A stretch of 62,929 nucleotides of DNA, filler included, from Octopus bimaculoides (taxonomy: Eukaryota), in assembly GCF_001194135.2 (NCBI RefSeq). It is 5 parts of 5 records of this genome, joined end to end, with 100 filler letters (N's around TTAATTAATTAA, not from the genome) between each part and the next. Parts side by side here need not be neighbours in the genome. Positions count along the whole stretch, not along the records: positions 18,635 to 38,304 come from NC_068984.1; positions 38,405 to 54,719 come from NC_069001.1; 3 more parts are not named here. One strand, given 5' to 3'. Position 1 is the first letter of the stretch. The number at the start of each line of letters is the position of its first letter. Below the pieces are notes generated by a model. It was not told the origin of the DNA. It did no database searches and saw only the letters and a program-made list of their open reading frames with translations. A program made the translations under genes and the position numbers. This document shows, one piece after another, positions 35,872 to 47,869 of the stretch.

Positions 35872-36155
35872 ATATATCGACTTAAAAGAGAACTCAAAAC
35901 TGATCCATTGAAAATACTTTATCATAATAATAATAATGAAAATGACCTATGATCATTTCGATGCAATATCCAGATCGATTCTTGCATATTATAAAATATT
36001 ATAAAATATTGATGTAGTATCCCATATTTTATAATATTTTATAATATGCACGAATCGATCTGGATATTGCATCGAAATGATCATAGGTCATTTTCATTAT
36101 TATTATTATAACAAAGCATTTTCAATGGATCAGTTTTGAGCTCTCTTTTAAGTCG

Positions 36156-36161
<6 letters not shown>
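35872..36161. repeat. Fold-back element: 138-bp inverted arms, 14-bp spacer
   Basis: Left arm 35872-36009 (ATATATCGACTTAAAAGAG...ATAAAATAT) is the near-perfect reverse complement of 36024-36161 (ATATTTTAT...CTCTTTTAAGTCGATATAT), with only a few mismatches. Confidence 0.95.
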
Positions 36162-36205
<44 letters not shown>

Positions 36206-36699
36206 TAAATCAGAGTAATTATGTATCTGGTACTGCTACAATTGTTTCATTTAAGACAATCGTGAGGCATACATGGTACAGTTAAGTATATTCTATGCAC
36301 TGTATGCATAAGAATATGTAACACATCATGCAACTCTCATCTCCTCAGGCTCAACAAATATACAAACGAGCAATGATGACAGATAAATCATAGCTTATGT
36401 GCATAATTTAGTCTTTACATATGTATAGAAATATTTGTTTGCTGGAAGATATATGTATATACTTTCATATTCAATGTATACATGTATACATGATGGTGAG
36501 TCTAAATGTATATACTAAGTGTAATACATGTTTTAATATTTAGCATCTGTCTCTTCAACTTACGTTCTTGTTCTTTGTTTACTTTTCTTCTTCCTGTCTT
36601 TTTCATATTTATTTTACCTAACAACATTTCTGCGCTTTCCCGTTTGCTAAGAAGTGTGTTTCAATTTGTTTATAAATAAAAATAAATGTGTATATGCTA

Positions 36700-37047
36700 C
36701 ACACACATACATAGCTATTCGGCACTTCGTCGTTTACGACGACAAGGGTTACAGTTGATCCGACCAACGGAACAGCCTGCTAGTGAAAATAACGTGCAAG
36801 TGACAGAGCACTCCATAGACACGGTTAGTTTTTGCCATAGGTTTCAGGGAGATTCGGCGTGACTCAGAATGTGACATGACCGGCACTTTGAAATACAAGT
36901 ACAATTCATGTTTGCCAGATGTGTGGGCTCGGGACATGTGAAATAAAGTATCTTGCTCAAACACGCAACGCACCGCTGGGAATCGAACTCATGGCATTAC
37001 GATCGGGAGCTGAATAAATTGACAACTAACTTACGCGTCTTCACGCA
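36700..37047 (-). mobile_element. tRNA-derived SINE (third family type)
   Basis: Minus-strand B-box GAGTTCGATTCCCAGCGG followed by TTGAGCAAGATACTTTATTTCACA, and a 3' body with GGAGTGCTCTGTCACTTGCACGTT. Confidence 0.65.
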
Positions 37048-37073
37048 TACATACATACATACATATATACATA

Positions 37074-37551
37074 CAGGATATCCCATGAGTCACTTATGGG
37101 TTTCAATTTCTAATAACTTCCTTAACTTCACAAATAAATGCATATAATTTTGATTTAACATAAAAGACATAATACAAATTAATATGCACAAATTAAAGTT
37201 AGCAACGCCACTACATTACATCTGGAAAATGACATCGGTTAAATGGTAGCCATTTTCGGCTTCGCACGCCCGTTCTTTTTCCAAAACTTGCACCAGAGAT
37301 TCAGACACGACTTATCTGATTTTTGTATGGCTGGTCTCCTTCAGCCGTACCAAGGTCTCTGGTTTGTGCGAATACGAAAATGGCTGCCATTTAAGTGATG
37401 TCATTTTTCATGTGATGTAGTGGTGCTACAAAATGTGACTTGTGTATATTAATTTCCATCATGCCTTTTATACTGTATCAAAATAGCATGCATTTGAATG
37501 TAAAGCTAAGAGAGTTATTAACAATTGAAACCTCACTTTTGGAACACCCTG
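37074..37551. mobile_element. Tc1/mariner-type MITE with long imperfect TIRs
   Basis: TA|CAGGATATCCCA ... TGGAACACCCTG|TA. The arms of about 185 bp are recognisably complementary (for example GAAAATGACATC and TAAATGG(T/C)AGCCATTTTCG on both ends). Confidence 0.85.
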
Positions 37552-38348
37552 TACATACATACATACATACATTGTTGTTGTTGTTGTTGTTGTTGGCACT
37601 CCGTTGCTTTTTCAAATCTTATTTATCTTTTTTAATTTTGAAATAATTCTTTCATCAAACTCTAGTCCATGAGTTGTTGCGACTCTAGAATTACGGCAGT
37701 ATAAATTACTTAATTTGTACATTCCATTCAATCCCACGCATACGCATAAATGTGATATCATATTGCACACTCAAACAAAAATAAATTAGGAGTAACATGA
37801 CTCCTTACAGGAACTCCGAAACTAGCATGAATGGGAAAACGATAAGAAGAATTTATACACAGCCTTGGTCTTTTATCTCATTACGAAAAGTAAATACTTA
37901 TATACATACACACACACACATATATATATATATATATCTATACATATTATTATAAAATCTGGTAATTATTCATATATTAATTAATATCGATTAATTATCA
38001 GGAGGCCAGCACATCTAAAGAATCAAAGAGATTCAGAAATATTATCTGCAATCTCAGGGGATTAAGGTACATTTTAAAAAATAACGTCGACCACTAACGT
38101 GGACAATTAATGCGCTAGAAATAGATCACATCTTGTGTCTATTAAGACCTAAATTGTTCTCAACATGAAATATAGCAGCATACCAAAACATGAGCGGGCA
38201 AGACATTTAAAATCACCTAAAAAAGCATTCTTAAACAGGAACCGGTTTCGGATTTAACAAATTCTTACCATTTGTCTATTCCTCTTCAGCCTGATTTGTA
38301 ATGANNNNNNNNNNNNNNNNNNNNNNNNNNNNNNNNNNNNNNNNNNNN

Positions 38349-38360
38349 TTAATTAATTAA
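38349..38360. other. Artificial scaffold linker TTAATTAATTAA
   Basis: Same 44N+12+44N cassette. Confidence 0.9.
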
Positions 38361-38849
38361 NNNNNNNNNNNNNNNNNNNNNNNNNNNNNNNNNNNNNNNN
38401 NNNNTTTATAGGAAAGTGGGTTATACATCATTAAATGTATACCTGACTTTCCTATATAATATTAAGAATATAACGGAACGCTGAACTCCAGACTATCAAC
38501 TTAAACAACATTTATTCAGGTGGTTAATATATACATCTTTAGCTCTTGTTTGTTGTTACAGCTTCTGTGTGTGTGAGCATTGTTGTTGGGACGTTGGTAT
38601 GTAGATGTAAGCGAGCTGTCGAGCTTAAGTTCGAAAGACGGTGAGAGACAGCTAAACACGTCCATGCTCAATCGCTGGCCAGCAAGAAAGAGACAGAATA
38701 AAGTGGGAAAGCTTGGTATGTTGAATTCTATGCATGCGCACGCCGTTACTACAAATTCTTGATTATATTAACAAAGATCATGAGATGAGAGATGAATGAG
38801 CTGGCAGCCATAAAAGTGGTGATATCACTACACATGAGAGGATGCTGGG

Positions 38850-39330
38850 AACTGTATAGCATGGCCCTCGGAAGTGAGCTGTGTAATCTTGTAGTTACAA
38901 GCATTCAACATATTTTCTATAGTTGTGAAACACAACACCTATCTCATAGATAGTGTTTGCAAGCTTATTCAGCTTGTTTTGGGTTGACCCCTTCATTTTA
39001 TGCAACATCTTGCATGCTTTCTTTTTGAAAGTTTTGTAACTTGCCTTCTCATTTGAAGCTAGCTACGAAAACCTTTAGTTTCTTCATTTCATCTGACGGT
39101 GGCATCTTTGGTGGTGATGCGAAGTTCAAAATTATATCAACAATTCACACCATCCTCAGAAGGGAATATGATTTTACTGTTCCTGATATATTTGATTCAG
39201 CAATCACCCGATGTTGTGATTCGCTAGAATATTGCCCAAGTGATCAACAAAATCTGACCAATTATGACTTTGTATGGGATAGGCTCCAGCAATGGTCTTA
39301 TCTTTTGGCAGAGAACATTGACAGTCACTG
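38850..39330 (-). mobile_element. Possible highly degraded piggyBac transposase C-terminal remnant
   Basis: Fragments across shifting frames (KTI-x-W, IVDIILNF, KRKHARCCIK, NTIY-x-DRCC) loosely recall the piggyBac C-terminal Cys-rich domain. Many frameshifts are needed. Confidence 0.25.
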
Positions 39331-39659
39331 TAACAGTTGGTCAACAGATGGTGGACAGCAGCTGACAACACAAAGATAATGAACAGTTGGAGGATGAATG
39401 ACATTAGAAGTCAGTAGCCAGCAAGCAACTAACAACGTTTTATATGCTGCTATAACTACACCAAGAACTATAACATTCAAAACTCTTTTGACATTTTGTC
39501 ATTCATAGTAATGACATTTGTTTTGGTTTTTTTTTTTGTGTACAAAAAGAATAAAATTTTGTTTATCAAAAATTTCATCAGACTCTAGTATTCTTCATAT
39601 ATAATAATGATGTTAATACATACAATACTTCAAACAAGGAACATTCTTTTTATAAATAT

Positions 39660-39665
39660 TTTATT
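39660..39665 (-). promoter_or_regulatory. Candidate poly(A) signal AATAAA for the GPCR
   Basis: About 300 nt downstream of the GPCR stop on the same strand. The AT-rich context makes chance occurrence plausible. Confidence 0.35.
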
Positions 39666-39967
39666 GAAAATTTAAAAGAAATGAAGGAGAATGTTTTAAC
39701 AACTGAAGAAAAACAGTATTATTATAATATTGTGTATGTGTCCAGTTGTTTGTCATTTTAGTATGTGGATATGTATGTTACTGTCTGTATGATTACATGT
39801 ATGGTATGTCACTCTGTGTATGTGAGGTATATATATGTTAGTGTGCATATTATTGTCTGTATGTGCTGTGCATATTATGTATGTGTGAGTGCATTTGTTA
39901 GTGTCTGTAAAATTTACAATCAGTTCTCTCCCACTCTATTTGTTCCAATAGAAACGATAAAAACCCA

Positions 39968-41155
39968 TTATTCTGCTGAGGTTGTATCATTAATTGTGTC
40001 CCGTGTCAAAGTCCAAATGCTTCCATTGTGGGTAGCAGAAGCATCTGTTCCAATTTTAGGATTTCTACGCAGTACTTTCTGTGTCATCCACTTGTTTCTG
40101 AGTGCCCTCTGGAAGTCTTGTCGCATGAATGTATAAAGAAGTGGATGTAACAGAGCTGTGGAGAAAGCAATGACAAGTCCAATAAAACGTAGCATTTCTG
40201 CTGTTATATCATGCAGAGCAATACTGATGCAGGAAATAATGATATGGGGCCCCCAACAAATGATGAATGAAGAAACAATGGCCAGTGTCATCTTGGTCAG
40301 ACGCCGGTCCTGTAGTTTCCAAATGGACTCCTCTGCAGTACTGCTCCCTGTAAAGGCTAGGGTGGCCCGGATTAATGCTAAACGGACAGCGAGTCGTTGC
40401 TTAGCAACTCGGAAAATGTAGTAATAGCAGACAATCATGCCAGTCATGCAGAGGAAGAAGTAAAACATGAAGTAAACATCATGGAATGGGAAGAAATGGG
40501 CTGAATAAATGAAGTGTTGGCATGTGTGCAGTTTCCATTGCCAATTGACATCTCCTGTAGACTCAGTTACATCTTTGGAGCTGGTGAAGGTTTTGTGGAG
40601 TTCATGAGATGATGAGTTTGAAGAATTTGAATTTGGTAATATTGAAGATAAAGTTGATGAATGCAATTCTGTTACAGGTGGCAACAAGGAAAAGTCTACC
40701 CCAATAAATGGAGAACACAACCCAAACAAAGAACTTGTCCAAATGGCAAGAAGAGTTTTTTTCATATTGGATTGAATGACTTTTTTTCTTAATGGTGTCA
40801 CCACAGCTTCATAACGATCAATGCTGATGGTAAGCAGGGTGACAGCACTAGCTGTACTAACAAATGTGATGTTGGCTTGGTGAAAGAAACATGGTAGCAT
40901 GCAGCATTGTTCTTGGTAGCTCTGTAACAGGACAAGTGTGAGAGGAATGGCTGTGACACAAATAAGAATATCAACAATATTTAAATTAATGATGAGGAAG
41001 TTGTCTGTTTTCTGGGTTTTGAAACTCTTGTGGTATGTAATGAGGACAATGAAGTTACACACCAAACCACCAATACATTCAATGACAAGAGCCATTGAGA
41101 GTGTGTAGATAAAACCTGAAGATATCTCAGAGGGTACAAAGTTGTTGGATTCCAT
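39968..41155 (-). CDS. GPR22: Intronless class A orphan GPCR, GPR22-like (395 aa)
   Basis: Complete ATG-to-stop ORF in a CAAAATGG context with seven hydrophobic segments, TM3 IDRY, TM6 CWGP and TM7 HPLLY. Segments NLNIVDILICVTAIPLTLV, CFFHQA and LR-x4-VIAFSTALLHPLLYTFMRQDFQRAL closely parallel human GPR22 as I recall it (NLHVLDVIICVGCIPLTIV, CCFHEA, LR...MAYGTTIFHPLLYAFTRQKFQKVL). A polypyrimidine tract and acceptor AG at 41178-41177 lie just upstream, implying a 5' UTR intron. Confidence 0.9.
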   Translation of the reverse strand: MESNNFVPSEISSGFIYTLSMALVIECIGGLVCNFIVLITYHKSFKTQKTDNFLIINLNIVDILICVTAIPLTLVLLQSYQEQCCMLPCFFHQANITFVSTASAVTLLTISIDRYEAVVTPLRKKVIQSNMKKTLLAIWTSSLFGLCSPFIGVDFSLLPPVTELHSSTLSSILPNSNSSNSSSHELHKTFTSSKDVTESTGDVNWQWKLHTCQHFIYSAHFFPFHDVYFMFYFFLCMTGMIVCYYYIFRVAKQRLAVRLALIRATLAFTGSSTAEESIWKLQDRRLTKMTLAIVSSFIICWGPHIIISCISIALHDITAEMLRFIGLVIAFSTALLHPLLYTFMRQDFQRALRNKWMTQKVLRRNPKIGTDASATHNGSIWTLTRDTINDTTSAE

Positions 41156-42090
41156 TTTGGATAGATCCTGCTGGTGCTGTTAATAAAATAAAGTACCAGT
41201 CAAACACTGTAGGTGTAGTTAAATCAATTAAAACAGCCCTTCAAATATATCACCTTGTCAAACTCTTAGAAAACAGGAATACCTGGTGCTAACCAAATGA
41301 AAGTTAAAATGATTTTATTCTTGCCACTCATAATATCATTCTGCTTATTTCAGTTTCTAAACAGGATGGTGAATAAAAACTAAATTTTTAATCTTTTTTA
41401 ATTATTAAATTGTTATCGTTGGTGACATTAAAATTTAATCCTGATTTGTTTCAGCTTTTTCTGAGTGTTTTTCATTATTTCTCAAACAGCAATTTTAGTT
41501 TTTCTTCAGTGGAACTCCTTAAACAAAGATTTTTTTATTATGACATTTGCTTGGTTGGCACAACTGTGTGCTCAGAAAATTTATTTCTTCTTTTTTGTTT
41601 TGTTTTTTTTTGCTAATAATTTCTTAAAAAGAAGGAATATGGCAAATCATGTCAAGAAAAATAAGGATCTCTGTGATAGACACAGCAGTCTGGCAGGAAC
41701 AAAGCTCTGTATGGAAAACAAGTCAAAATATTTAGCAAACTTTTGAGAACTTTGGTATGTTTGTTGAGACAGCATGTTGATCAACTGGTAGGTGTTATCA
41801 ATTGAAGGACACATCATGGCAACTGAGGGTATAGAGTGTGTAAAGAAGAATTAACTGCCCTCATTGGGATGTCATTAAAAGGATTAAATTAGACAACAGC
41901 TGTAGTGGTGTTGTACTAAAATCTAAGTATGTTTAATTGACTTCCTTCAAAACATGAGAGATGAGTTTTGATGTATCACATTCTGTGAAGGAAGTTTTAT
42001 TTGCTTGGAGGGAATCGTCTTCAGTTTCCAGTTTCTTGAAGCTGTTAAAAGAATAAAAGTATAGTTATAATAATGAGTGTGTGTTGTGTG

Positions 42091-42143
<53 letters not shown>

Positions 42144-42377
42144 GATCAAACAGATTCCAATGAGACTGGTGCTGTTCTGCATTGGCTAGACTTATGTTGT
42201 GTAATAAAATCAATAAAAAGAGCACAGTGAACTTGCTGGACACTTTGGACAGAGTCCTTCTTCAGGGGAAAAGTTGAAAGGAGAGAAATTAATGAGAGAC
42301 AGCAGAGTTTTACATCCTTTAAGTTGAAAGCAACTGATAAGGAACACAGAACCACAAGAGTTTCACTCATAAACAAT

Positions 42378-42545
42378 ACAGGACCCTTTGCCTTGTTAAG
42401 AGAAGTATAGAGGATAATTCTCATTGCTAGGACTCTGACGTAGCAGAACAAGTTGATGTCAGTCCCAGAACAGCAGTCAGGTATCTCCACTAACTTGGCT
42501 ACTATGGCAGAGCAGCAAGGAAGAAGCCATTTCTTTGACCAGTCA
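42378..42545 (+). mobile_element. Tc1 transposase fragment (second copy)
   Basis: Closely matches 45589-45756 (CAGGACCCTTTG...GAAGAAGCCA(T/C)TTCTTTGACCAGTCA). Confidence 0.75.
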
Positions 42546-42829
42546 TTTCCTCTCAATAGAATGTACCACATAGAATATTTGAAATTATTCGACTGTAGCT
42601 TGAATTACAGTGATACAATAACCATTTGGATGGATGCAAGAGAGATTTCAAGGAGAGATTTCATCGAACAGATGGGCACAAACACAGAGTGAATTCAGTG
42701 AAGGAAGGGAAGTAATCATTCAAGGATTAAAATATTGGTTTATTTACTTCGTGGTAATGGTTATTTCCCTTCTTGCATTGTTATAATATCGGTTATTTCC
42801 CTTTATTTTTGAAACGTTGCTTTCAAATT

Positions 42830-43010
42830 TTTGTACAAGGCCAGCAATTTGGAGGGAGGAGGTAAGTCGTTCAAATGGTACTTATTTTGTCGACTCCAAA
42901 AGGATGAAAAGCAGCGTCAACTTCGGTGACATTTGAACTCAGAACACAAAGTCGGAAGACTTAGAGCTAAGCATTTTTCCTGCCTCAGTAACGATTTTAC
43001 TAGCTTGTCA
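42830..43010 (-). mobile_element. SINE family B
   Basis: Reverse complement of the family B body (TTTGTACAAGGCCAGCAATTT, GGTACTTATTTTGTCGAC, ATTTGAACTCAGAAC). Confidence 0.7.
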
Positions 43011-43886
43011 CATTTTTATTTATTGCAATATAATTTATTTCCTCTAACCATCATAAACGTTCCTTTCTGTATTACCGATTATTTCCCTTTCTATATTATA
43101 ATGTCAGTTATTTTCTTTGTGTATTAAAAAATTAATCATGTCCCATGTTAAATATAATACTGTTCTTGATCAGTACCACAGACAGCAACAACAGCAAGTA
43201 TTCCACGATACTAATGAACAGCAAACCTCAATTGGATGGCTGTTGATGTTTATGAGTTCCTCCGCCTTTTAATGGGTTTTACCTTTCGTCCCACAGGGTG
43301 TCCAACAACCACCCACATCACCAAGCTACTTCAGTGGGGTTACAAGTTTAGTCGCCAAGAACCCAAACAGGTTGTACAGGGTTACACAAGTAGCACTCGA
43401 AGTAACCTGACATAGTAATATAATATAATATATTTACATATAGCACGAGCAAGTTACTCGGGACCTTACTAATGCTGGTGCTCCAAAAAGTGGTTGGCAT
43501 TATGTAGAAACTATCCCAAAGCAGATACTGGTGCATAACACATTTGCCCATGCCAGTATGGAAGATGGCAAATAAGTGATGATGATCATCATCATCATAT
43601 GAATGTGTGTGTGTGTGTGCTGTAATTTGTCTGTGTATTTTGCTATGTAATTAATATAACTTGCATTGATTTATTATCAATGTTGTTCAAGATCACTGTC
43701 TTTCTCTCATAGACCCAAACCACATACATGAGCATGTGTGGTAGGTATGTATGAGTTATGTATAAATGTATATATGTATTGCACATACACACTCAAATAC
43801 ATTTGCGCAAAATCATTTCACATTTAATTCTTTCATAATTTCTTATCTTTCCATATGCATGTTTGTATGTATATATATATATGAAT

Positions 43887-45092
43887 ATTACCTTTGTTGA
43901 TAACAAAGGTCTGTCCCTCAGAATGAAAGATAGATTGTACAATGCTTGTGTACGAACGGCTATGCTACATGGTAGCGAAACATGGGCGGTGACTGCAGGG
44001 GACATGTGAAAGCTTAAAAGAATTGAAGCCAACATTTTCTGATTGATGTGCAACATCAGTGTATGACAAAGTGTAAATGTATTAAGGGAAAAATTAGATA
44101 TATGAGGCATCAGATGTAGTGTGCAAAAGAGATGATTGCACTGGTATAGTCATATGATGTGTATGGATGAAGACAGCTGCATCAAGAAGTGCTGATCTCT
44201 TATGGAAGCAATCTGTGGAAGAGGAAGACCCAGGAAGACATGAGATGAAGTGGTGAAAAATAATCATCAGATGTTGAGCCTCACAGAGATGACAAACGGC
44301 CACAATGATTGGTGATTGATGATTGAAGACTTGTCTAGTTAAGTAAAATCAAGGCCGTAAAAGCATGTCATTTATGGTCATGTCCTTGACCAAACCTCTC
44401 CCTGACAACCTGTCTTCTTAACACCTCCTCTGTCCTCCCACCCAAGTTCTCCACTCACTGTATTCCTCTTCCTCTCCTCTATCTCCCACTCTCCCTTAGT
44501 ACCTTTATGAATCTCTTCCCCACAACATATCCTCATAACATCCACTCCCTGTATTTGTGTCAATTCACTGTATTCCCTTCCCCTCTACCACCCACTCACC
44601 CTTCACAATCTCATCAACTTACCCATCCACTCATCCTATCCAATCCTTGGTTCCACTTCACTTATATACACTTCCCTGTAATTTGAATGTACTCCCACCC
44701 CTGTCACATTTTCACAAGTTCTCTCTCTCTATCCTCTCTGCTACGGAGGGAGCATGTCTCTCGTTTACTACAAGACACTTATTTCTGTCCCTTTATTCAT
44801 ACTGTAACCTCTTGTCACATGATACAAAGCCACCTCCCTCAATACTAGCCCCACTTCAGTTGAGGGATCTTTTCTTGTAAGTTATTTAGTGACCTCACTT
44901 CTGCTAATGCCACATAAAAAGCATCCACTACACTGTAAAATGGTTGGTATTAGGAAGCTGTAGGAACCAGGCCAAAGCAGAATATGGAACCTGGTGCAGC
45001 CTTCTGATATGCCAGCTCTTGTCTAACCTTCCACCCCATACCAGCATGAAAAGCAGATGTTAAATTATGATGATGATGATGACGATGATGAT
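43887..45092 (+). mobile_element. Degraded 3' segment of the RTE LINE with diverged UTR and (GAT)n tail
   Basis: LPLLITKGLSLRMKDRLYNACVRTAMLHGSETWAVT and GRGRPRKT match the 15350-15700 region. The tail AGCATGAAAAGCAGATGTTAAAT...(GAT)n is at 45040-45092. Confidence 0.8.
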
Positions 45093-45214
45093 AAATATAT
45101 GAATTATGTAAATACATATATAAAGACTACTTTTAAGACCACTGACACACACGCATGCATGCACGCACGCACGCACACACACACACACACGCACGCACAC
45201 GCACGCACGCACAC

Positions 45215-45274
<60 letters not shown>

Positions 45275-45276
<2 letters not shown>

Positions 45277-46045
45277 GTAAACATAACAAACTAAAAGACG
45301 TAGTTTCTCTCACATTTCAAAAACCTTCTCTGCCCAAGACTGGAAATTTCCTCAGCATTTCAGGTTCTGTATTTGACTGTTTAACCATGCCCCGTACAAA
45401 AAGAAGCCTTGGAACTGTTCGAATTTCAAAGAGGCCATATTGTGAGTCAATCTGAAGGTGGACTTAGTCAGCATAAAATCACAGAAGACCTTGGGATCCT
45501 GCTTTCTACAGTTAATAGAGTGATTGTGCTATTCATCAGAGAGGGGAAGGGGACCACATCAACTCAACTAGGTCAACCAAGTCCCTTTGACAGGACCCTT
45601 TGCTTTGTTAAGAGAAGTGTAGAGAATAATTCTCATTGCTAGGCCTCTGACATAGCAGAACAAGTTGATGTCAGTCCCAGAACAGCTGACAGCTGTCTCC
45701 ACTAACTTGGCTACTATGGCAGAGCAGCAAGGAAGAAGCCACTTCTTTGACCAGTCAATATGAAGTGGCGAAAAGATTGGGCCAGTGAGATGGTGGAGGA
45801 GCCACTAGCATTTTGGGACACTGACATATTCTCTGATGAATCTAGATTTGCTGTATTTTCTGACAGTGGTCAAGCATGGGTCTGGAGGCTCTGTGATCAA
45901 GAATTTGACATGAAAAGATTACAGCCAACAATGAAACATAGTAGCTATTCTGTGATGATCTGGGCAGCAATTTGGAGCAATGGTTGATCAGAGCTGGTGC
46001 AGTGTGAGGGAAATATAAATTCAGATAAATATGTGTCCATATTCT
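45275..46045 (+). mobile_element. Tc1-family transposase pseudogene, 3'-truncated
   Basis: ATG at 45387 (MPRTK, frameshift), then ELFEFQRGHIV, IFSDESRF (first catalytic D), SVMIWAAI and EGNINSDKYVSI, with stops. It is interrupted by a SINE at about 46045. Confidence 0.88.
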
Positions 46046-46170
46046 TTCCTACACTAGGCACAAGGCCTGAAATTTTAGGGGAGGGGACCAGTCAATAAGA
46101 TCAACACCAATACTCAACTAGTACTTAATTTATCGACCCTGAAAGGATGAGAGGCAAATTCGAACTCGAG
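46045..46170 (-). mobile_element. SINE family B fragment
   Basis: CTAGGCACAAGGCC, GTACTTAATTTATCGACCCTGAAAGGATGAGAGGCAAA, TTCGAACTC. Confidence 0.75.
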
Positions 46171-46364
46171 GTCAATTTGTTCGAATATAATTATATACAT
46201 ATATCATATATTATATATATGTCTATCTATCTATCTATCTATCTATATATATATATACATATATATCTATATATACATATATATACATATATATCTATCN
46301 NNNNNNNNNNNNNNNNNNNNNNNNNNNNNNNNNNNNNNNNNNNNNNNNNNNNNNNNNNNNNNNN

Positions 46365-46830
46365 ATCATCATCACCATCATCGTTTAACGTCCGCTTTCC
46401 ATGCTAGCATGGGTTGGACGATCTTACTGAGGAGTGGCAAGCCAGAAGGCTGCACCAAGCTCCAATCTGATTTGGCAGAGTTTCTACAGCTGGATGCCCT
46501 TCCTAATGCCAACCACTCCGAAAGTGTAGTTGGTACTTTTACGTGCCACCGGCATGAGGGCCAGTCACACGGTACTGGCAACGGCCACGCTCAAAGAGAT
46601 GTTTTTTATGTGCCACCTGCATGGGAACCAGTCCAGTGGCACTGGCAACAACCTCGCTTGAATGATTTTCTAACATGCCACCAGCACAAGTGCTAGAAGG
46701 CAATGCTGGTAATGATTATTTACGGGCCACTAGCACGGAAGCCAGACAGCTGCTCTGGCAATGAACACACTCAGACAGTGCTGTTAGTGCTCCACTGGTG
46801 CGGTGCCAGTCATTGAGTATGGTTCAATTA
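46365..46830 (-). mobile_element. RTE LINE 3' UTR with (GAT)n tail
   Basis: (ATC)n GTTTAACGTCCGCTTTCCATGCTAGCATG...TTTCTACAGCTGGATGCCCTTCCTAA is the reverse complement of 16050-16503. Confidence 0.85.
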
Positions 46831-47869
46831 TGGTATAATAATATATCATGATAAACAATTGCAGCATGGAAGGTGTCTATAAGCCATTCAAAATCACACA
46901 AAAACCGTTATACTCTTCAACATTTAAATTTAGTTTGCCAAAATATNNNNNNNNNNNNNNNNNNNNNNNNNNNNNNNNNNNNNNNNNNNNNNNNNNNNNN
47001 NNNNNNNNNNNNNNNNNNNNNNNNNNNNNNNNNNNNNNNNNNNNNNNNNNNNNNNNNNNNNNNNNNNNNNNNNNNNNNNNNNNNNNNNNNNNNNNNNNNN
47101 NNNNNNNNNNNNNNNNNNNNNNNNNNNNNNNNNNNNNNNNNNNNNNNNNNNNNNNNNNNNNNNNNNNNNNNNNNNNNNNNNNNNNNNNNNNNNNNNNNNN
47201 NNNNNNNNNNNNNNNNNNNNNNNNNNNNNNNNNNNNNNNNNNNNNNNNNNNNNNNNNNNNNNNNNNNNNNNNNNNNNNNNNNNNNNNNNNNNNNNNNNNN
47301 NNNNNNNNNNNNNNNNNNNNNNNNNNNNNNNNNNNNNNNNNNNNNNNNNNNNNNNNNNNNNNNNNNNNNNNNNNNNNNNNNNNNNNNNNNNNNNNNNNNN
47401 NNNNNNNNNNNNNNNNNNNNNNNNNNNNNNNNNNNNNNNNNNNNNNNNNNNNNNNNNNNNNNNNNNNNNNNNNNNNNNNNNNNNNNNNNNNNNNNNNNNN
47501 NNNNNNNNNNNNNNNNNNNNNNNNNNNNNNNNNNNNNNNNNNNNNNNNNNNNNNNNNNNNNNNNNNNNNNNNNNNNNNNNNNNNNNNNNNNNNNNNNNNN
47601 NNNNNNNNNNNNNNNNNNNNNNNNNNNNNNNNNNNNNNNNNNNNNNNNNNNNNNNNNNNNNNNNNNNNNNNNNNNNNNNNNNNNNNNNNNNNNNNNNNNN
47701 NNNNNNNNNNNNNNNNNNNNNNNNNNNNNNNNNNNNNNNNNNNNNNNNNNNNNNNNNNNNNNNNNNNNNNNNNNNNNNNNNNNNNNNNNNNNNNNNNNNN
47801 NNNNNNNNNNNNNNNNNNNNNNNNNNNNNNNNNNNNNNNNNNNNNNNNNNNNNNNNNNNNNCATCATAT

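Noticed and set aside
39968-41155. The GPCR as an opsin
   Set aside because: The position six residues before the TM7 H/N-P motif is Phe, not the retinal-binding Lys.
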